From: Eledone cirrhosa
Lineage: Eukaryota
Direction of reading: 5' to 3'
NCBI GenBank assembly: GCA_964016885.1
Contig: OZ024752.1
Location: 40,548,001 to 40,612,000 of the forward strand
DNA length: 64,000 nucleotides
This document shows, one piece after another, positions 59,356 to 64,000 of this stretch. A program made the translations under genes and the position numbers. The stretch's first letter is position 1, and each line of letters opens with the position of its first letter. The notes beneath the pieces were generated by a model, which saw only the letters and a program-made list of their open reading frames with translations, was not told the DNA's origin and ran no database searches.

Positions 59356-59918
59356 TTTTTTAGGCCATCCGACTGAGGCCATGCTGAGGCACCACCCTTT
59401 GTAATATTTTAATCAAATCCTTTTACCTTCTGAAGTCAAATCCTACCACGTCGATTTCTTTTTATTTTTTCTTATTATTTATTTCACCAGCCGTGTATAC
59501 ATTTAAAATATAAAAAATTGCACATAAAGAAAAAATAAAAGACTATTGATAGACTATGATAGACTATTTACAAAGATGAGAATGGTTTGTTATATAGGGA
59601 CAAGCCCAGCAATTTTAGGGGAGGGGGAAAGTCGATTAAATAGATCCCAGTACGTCACTGGTACTTTATTTTATCGACCCCATAAGGGTGAAAGGCAAAG
59701 TTAACCTCAGCAGGATTTGAACTCAGATCATAAAGGGTCGCAACTCTATGCCGCAAAGCATGGCGCCCGACCCTCTACCGATACTGCCAATACACCGCCC
59801 TCATTTACAAAGATAAGAATAAAAAGTTCTTGGGAATAGAATGAAGAGGTTCATTATTGAGAATGTGTTAATTAAGCTAATGAGGTCATTGAGAAGGATT
59901 ATAGTAAAAACATCGAAT

Positions 59919-60219
59919 AGGCTATGTAGCCGGTAAACCGTAAAGGGACGCAACACACATCGCTATAGTTGTTTCACCAGCCCCTTCCTTCTGTTGTCTG
60001 TATCTGTTTATATATTTACGTGTAGATGTGTGTGTATATAACTGAAGTGTAACGTACGTTACGAATGGACGACTAAATGACTTTAACTTGTTTTTTTAAC
60101 AATTGATGGTGGAACATATTTCAAATTGTCTTAACTCAGACTGAAAAAGGCTGCAACTCAGGGTGCCTGACACTCTTACCGGCTACATAGCCTCGACACT
60201 CTTACCGGCTACATAGCCT
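59919..60219. mobile_element. MITE-like element with 18-bp TIRs, right TIR duplicated
   Basis: aggctatgtagccggtaa at 59919; ttaccggctacatagcct at 60176 and 60202. Confidence 0.7.
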
Positions 60220-60718
60220 CTTAAAAAAAAAAAAAAAAAAAAATTATTTTTATGACTTCTTATCATTCCGCAGTCTATTTTCGCTTGTATCTCATCTAAC
60301 AAAAGTACCAGTAATAGAATGGAGTCGAGTTCAGCGACCACAAAGTATTACTCATGTTCATTCGACATACAAATATGTGACTTTGTATCATTTGTGAAAA
60401 ATCTATATATCATACACATCTCCCTTATAAAAATACAAGATACAAACAAAAATGATCCTATTATGTCTTGTCTTCTGTACAGAAATCTATATTTTCCCTA
60501 TCCAATGCTCCGAGAAATTTCTGTGATATTTTCGTTCGCTTTTCCATTTGTTTTGTTCTATTTGTTTGTTAAATCGATTTGTCCCCCACAAGAATGTTAT
60601 GATGTCGTGCCGAAATCTGGATATATCAGCAACTAATATAATTTCTGTGAAAGTATTGAGAGTCAAAAGTGAAAAATGGGGAGAATAAAATGGAAGAACA
60701 TTTTCCTCTGTCCCACAT

Positions 60719-60789
<71 letters not shown>

Positions 60790-60791
60790 TT

Positions 60792-60837
<46 letters not shown>

Positions 60838-60993
60838 CACACACATATATATATATATATGTATATACTTAAACACACACACACATATGTATATATATAT
60901 ATATATTTAGACACATACCTCCCCCATATATATATATGTGGGGAGGGAATATGTGTCTAAGTATATATATACGCATATGTGTGTGTGTGTGTT

Positions 60994-61052
<59 letters not shown>

Positions 61053-61211
61053 ATGTATATACACTCACATATATATTTAGCATTCGTATAGATAAAAAGT
61101 TTAAGTAAACAGTATCTGTATTCACCCTTTTTACGGAAACTTCTGAAACTTGAGAGATATATAAATATGTGGACAAAGATATATATATATATATAGATTA
61201 TATATATATAG

Positions 61212-61245
<34 letters not shown>

Positions 61246-61252
61246 AAAATGT

Positions 61253-61440
61253 ATGACCCCGACGGCAGAGCTCAAGCCGTTTCGACGGCTATTTCTGGAC
61301 TAGAAATAGCCGTCGAAACGGCTTGAGCTCTGCCGTCGGGGTCATACTCTCTCCTATTACTCACTGTACTACCCTAAGTATTGAGTACTCTGGTGCGTTA
61401 TGGTCCATCTGGTTCCTTACCACAATTCCTTCGTTATATA
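61253..61440. mobile_element. Penelope-like pseudo-LTR fragment with near-perfect 94-bp hairpin; sister copy at ~44970-45110
   Basis: atgaccccgacggcagagctcaagccgtttcgacggctatttct|ggact|agaaatagccgtcgaaacggcttgagctctgccgtcggggtcat, inside (TA)n. Confidence 0.55.
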
Positions 61441-62438
61441 TATATATATATATATATATATAAGAGAGTATTGAAGTTTGCTTGAAGCATTGTGGAATAA
61501 TATGGTAAATTTCTTTAAGTCGTTTGGAAGCCTCGACAATGCAAATGGGTAAATCTCCGGGTAACAAGATCCGGTGGTGGAGAGAGAGATGTAAGTGGGT
61601 GTACGTTGAGATGCGTGGCGTGTATAAGACTGTAACGTGTAGAGGAATGAAGGAAAGAGCGTAAAGGATAAAAATAAAAATAACAACACGAGAGAGAGTT
61701 ACCTTGGGAGAGATTTAATTGTCCCTATATATTTCGGATTCACATCCATCAACTGAGGGTTTTTTTCCGGGGTGGGGGAAAGGTTGTCTGTCGGAAAGGT
61801 GCGAAACGCGTCCTCCGCTGTTCGTTGTTTTGAATATCTGAGGTATTCAGCAGAGCGCGCGTGTGCGTGAAATGGGGCTATATATATATATATATATAAT
61901 TATATATATATATAATTACAAGGACTTATCGCATTTAAATATAGAAATATAGAAACTTTGTTGATCCCAAGGAGCTGTAAAGAACTCATGGATTTGAACT
62001 CAGCCGAGGTTAACTTTGCCTTTGATCCTTACGAGGTCGATAGAATAAAGTACCAGTAATGCACACGGTTAGATTTAATAAACTTTCCCATCCCCCAAAT
62101 TGCTGGCCTTGTGCTTATATAAGAAACCAGTGGTTTGGCAGTATCGGTAGAGGGTCGGACGCCATGCTTTGCAGCATAGAGTTTCGCCCCTTTATGGTCT
62201 GAGTTCAAATCACGCCGAGGTTAACTTTGGCCTTTCATCCTTACGTAGTCGATAAAATAAAGTACCAGTAATGCACTGGGATAATTGCTGGCCTTGTGCC
62301 TAAATTAGAAACAATTATTAGTTTAATAAGGACTAGTGATGGAAACGTAACGACTCCTTTCCCTACTATATCAAGCGTTAAACTAATATATTTTTTCATT
62401 GTACTGTGTTGTTTGCTTTGTTGTTTCCGTTTACTTTT

Positions 62439-62441
<3 letters not shown>

Positions 62442-62527
<86 letters not shown>

Positions 62528-63169
62528 CACACACACACACACCCATACACACACACACACACACACCCAGACACACACAGACACACACAGACACACACAC
62601 CCAGACACACACAGACACACACACACATATTTGAACCAAAAGAAAAAAAAAAACTTTTCAAAACAAACACAAACAAGATGATGACGATGTTGACAATGAT
62701 GAGGATGATGATGGTGACGGTGGCGGTGGCGATGGTGATGATGATGGTGGTGATGGTGATGATGATGATGATAATGACGACGATGATGATGATGATGATG
62801 ATGGTGAACACCATGCGATGTTATACAAGGGGGTAAAAAGTCAAACAAAGAAAGAGACTAGAGGATATATATATATATAGAGAGAGAGAGGAGGGAGGGA
62901 GAGAGAGAGAGAGACGAGAGAGACGAGAGAGGGGGGGGGGGGGGTATATAATTGTTTCTACGTTAGGCACAAGGCCAGCAATTATCTCAGTGTATTACTG
63001 GTACTTTATTTTATTTTATCGACCCCCCGTAAGGATGAAAGGCAAAGTTAACCTCGGCGGTGGAATTTGAATTCAGAATGGCAAGGGCCGTAACTCTATG
63101 CTAGAAAGCATGGCGTCCGTCCGACCCTCTACCGATACTGCCAATCCACCGCCCCCCTTATGTGTGTGT

Positions 63170-63213
<44 letters not shown>

Positions 63214-64000
63214 GTGTGTGTGTGTGGGGGGGGGGTATATAATGAGATTTGAACATATTTCCTTTCTGTCATTTCAAACTTAGTGTTTCGTGGCTGAGGA
63301 CCAGAAGCGGTTAGGATAGTTTACTGTCACTGAGTAATTTGATCCCTGATGTAGAGTTATAAAACTCCCTTAACCTGGTGGGTAGACGGGTGGTGGGGCG
63401 TAGCGGTGGGGCGTAGTGGTGGGGCGTAGCGGTGGGTGTAGGGGTTAGGGGTAGGATGGTACAGGCATAGAGAGGGTTCTGATGTGCGAGAAGAGAGGGA
63501 AGAGAGAGAGAGAGAGAGAGAGGAGGGAGAGGGGGTAGAGGGGCTAGAGAGAGGTGGAGTGAGAGAGAAGTAGAGAGAGAGAGAGAGATGGAAGAAGAGA
63601 GTAAAGAGAGAGAGAGGGAGAGAAAGAAGTAGAGAAGTAAAGAGGGAGTAGTGAGAAAGAGAAAGAAGTAGCGAGAGAGAGAGGTAGTAAGAGAGAGAGA
63701 GAGAGAGAGAGAGAGAAGGGGGGGGTAGTAAGAGAGAGAGGGGGTAGTAAGAGAGAGGGAGAGAGGTAGTAAGAGAGAGAGAGGGGGTAGTAAGAGAGAG
63801 GGAGAAAGGTAGTAAGAGAGATGGAGAGAGGTAGTAAGAGAGATGGAGAGAGGTAGTAAGAGAGAGAGAGTGAGGGGGTAGTAAGAGAGAGGTAGTAAGA
63901 GAGAGAGAGTGAGGGGGTAGTAAGAGAGAGGTAGTAAGAGAGAGAGAGAGAGTGAGGGGGTAGTAAGAGAGAAGAAACCAACAGAGAAGGAAACAACAAG
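62442..64000. repeat. Microsatellite-rich region: (CA)n, (GAT)n, (GA)n and gtagtaagagag units, with one SINE at ~62950-63152
   Basis: Direct reading. Confidence 0.9.

Noticed and set aside
44900-64000. A second host protein-coding gene
   Set aside because: No convincing exon series found on either strand; small exons could have been missed.

Overview
AT-rich eukaryotic genomic DNA with very dense repeats. The SINE, microsatellite and LINE content looks like an octopus or other coleoid cephalopod, but this is an inference. The first ~41 kb holds the 3' part of one + strand gene: 23 small GT-AG exons with mutually compatible phases (7818..41276, 1889 nt, ~629 codons). They encode PH-PH-RhoGAP-RA-PH, the C-terminal architecture of ARAP-family proteins, apparently ending in YSTV*. 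Almost all long ORFs in the supplied track are translations of tandem repeats. Introns and the downstream region contain two tRNA-derived SINE groups, RTE, CR1 and CRE-like LINE fragments, piggyBac-like, Tigger-like and mariner-like MITEs, and about 20 minisatellite arrays, many amplified in place from pieces of TEs. The most notable structures are (i) a ~5.6 kb foldback at 48.3-53.9 kb whose arms carry independently evolved satellite arrays, (ii) Penelope-like remnants with minimal hammerhead ribozyme motifs, one with a compensatory U3-A8 core, often caught in palindromes, and (iii) an internally deleted RTE-like element. I cannot demonstrate a new biological system from sequence alone. All family assignments come from motif recognition, not database searches.
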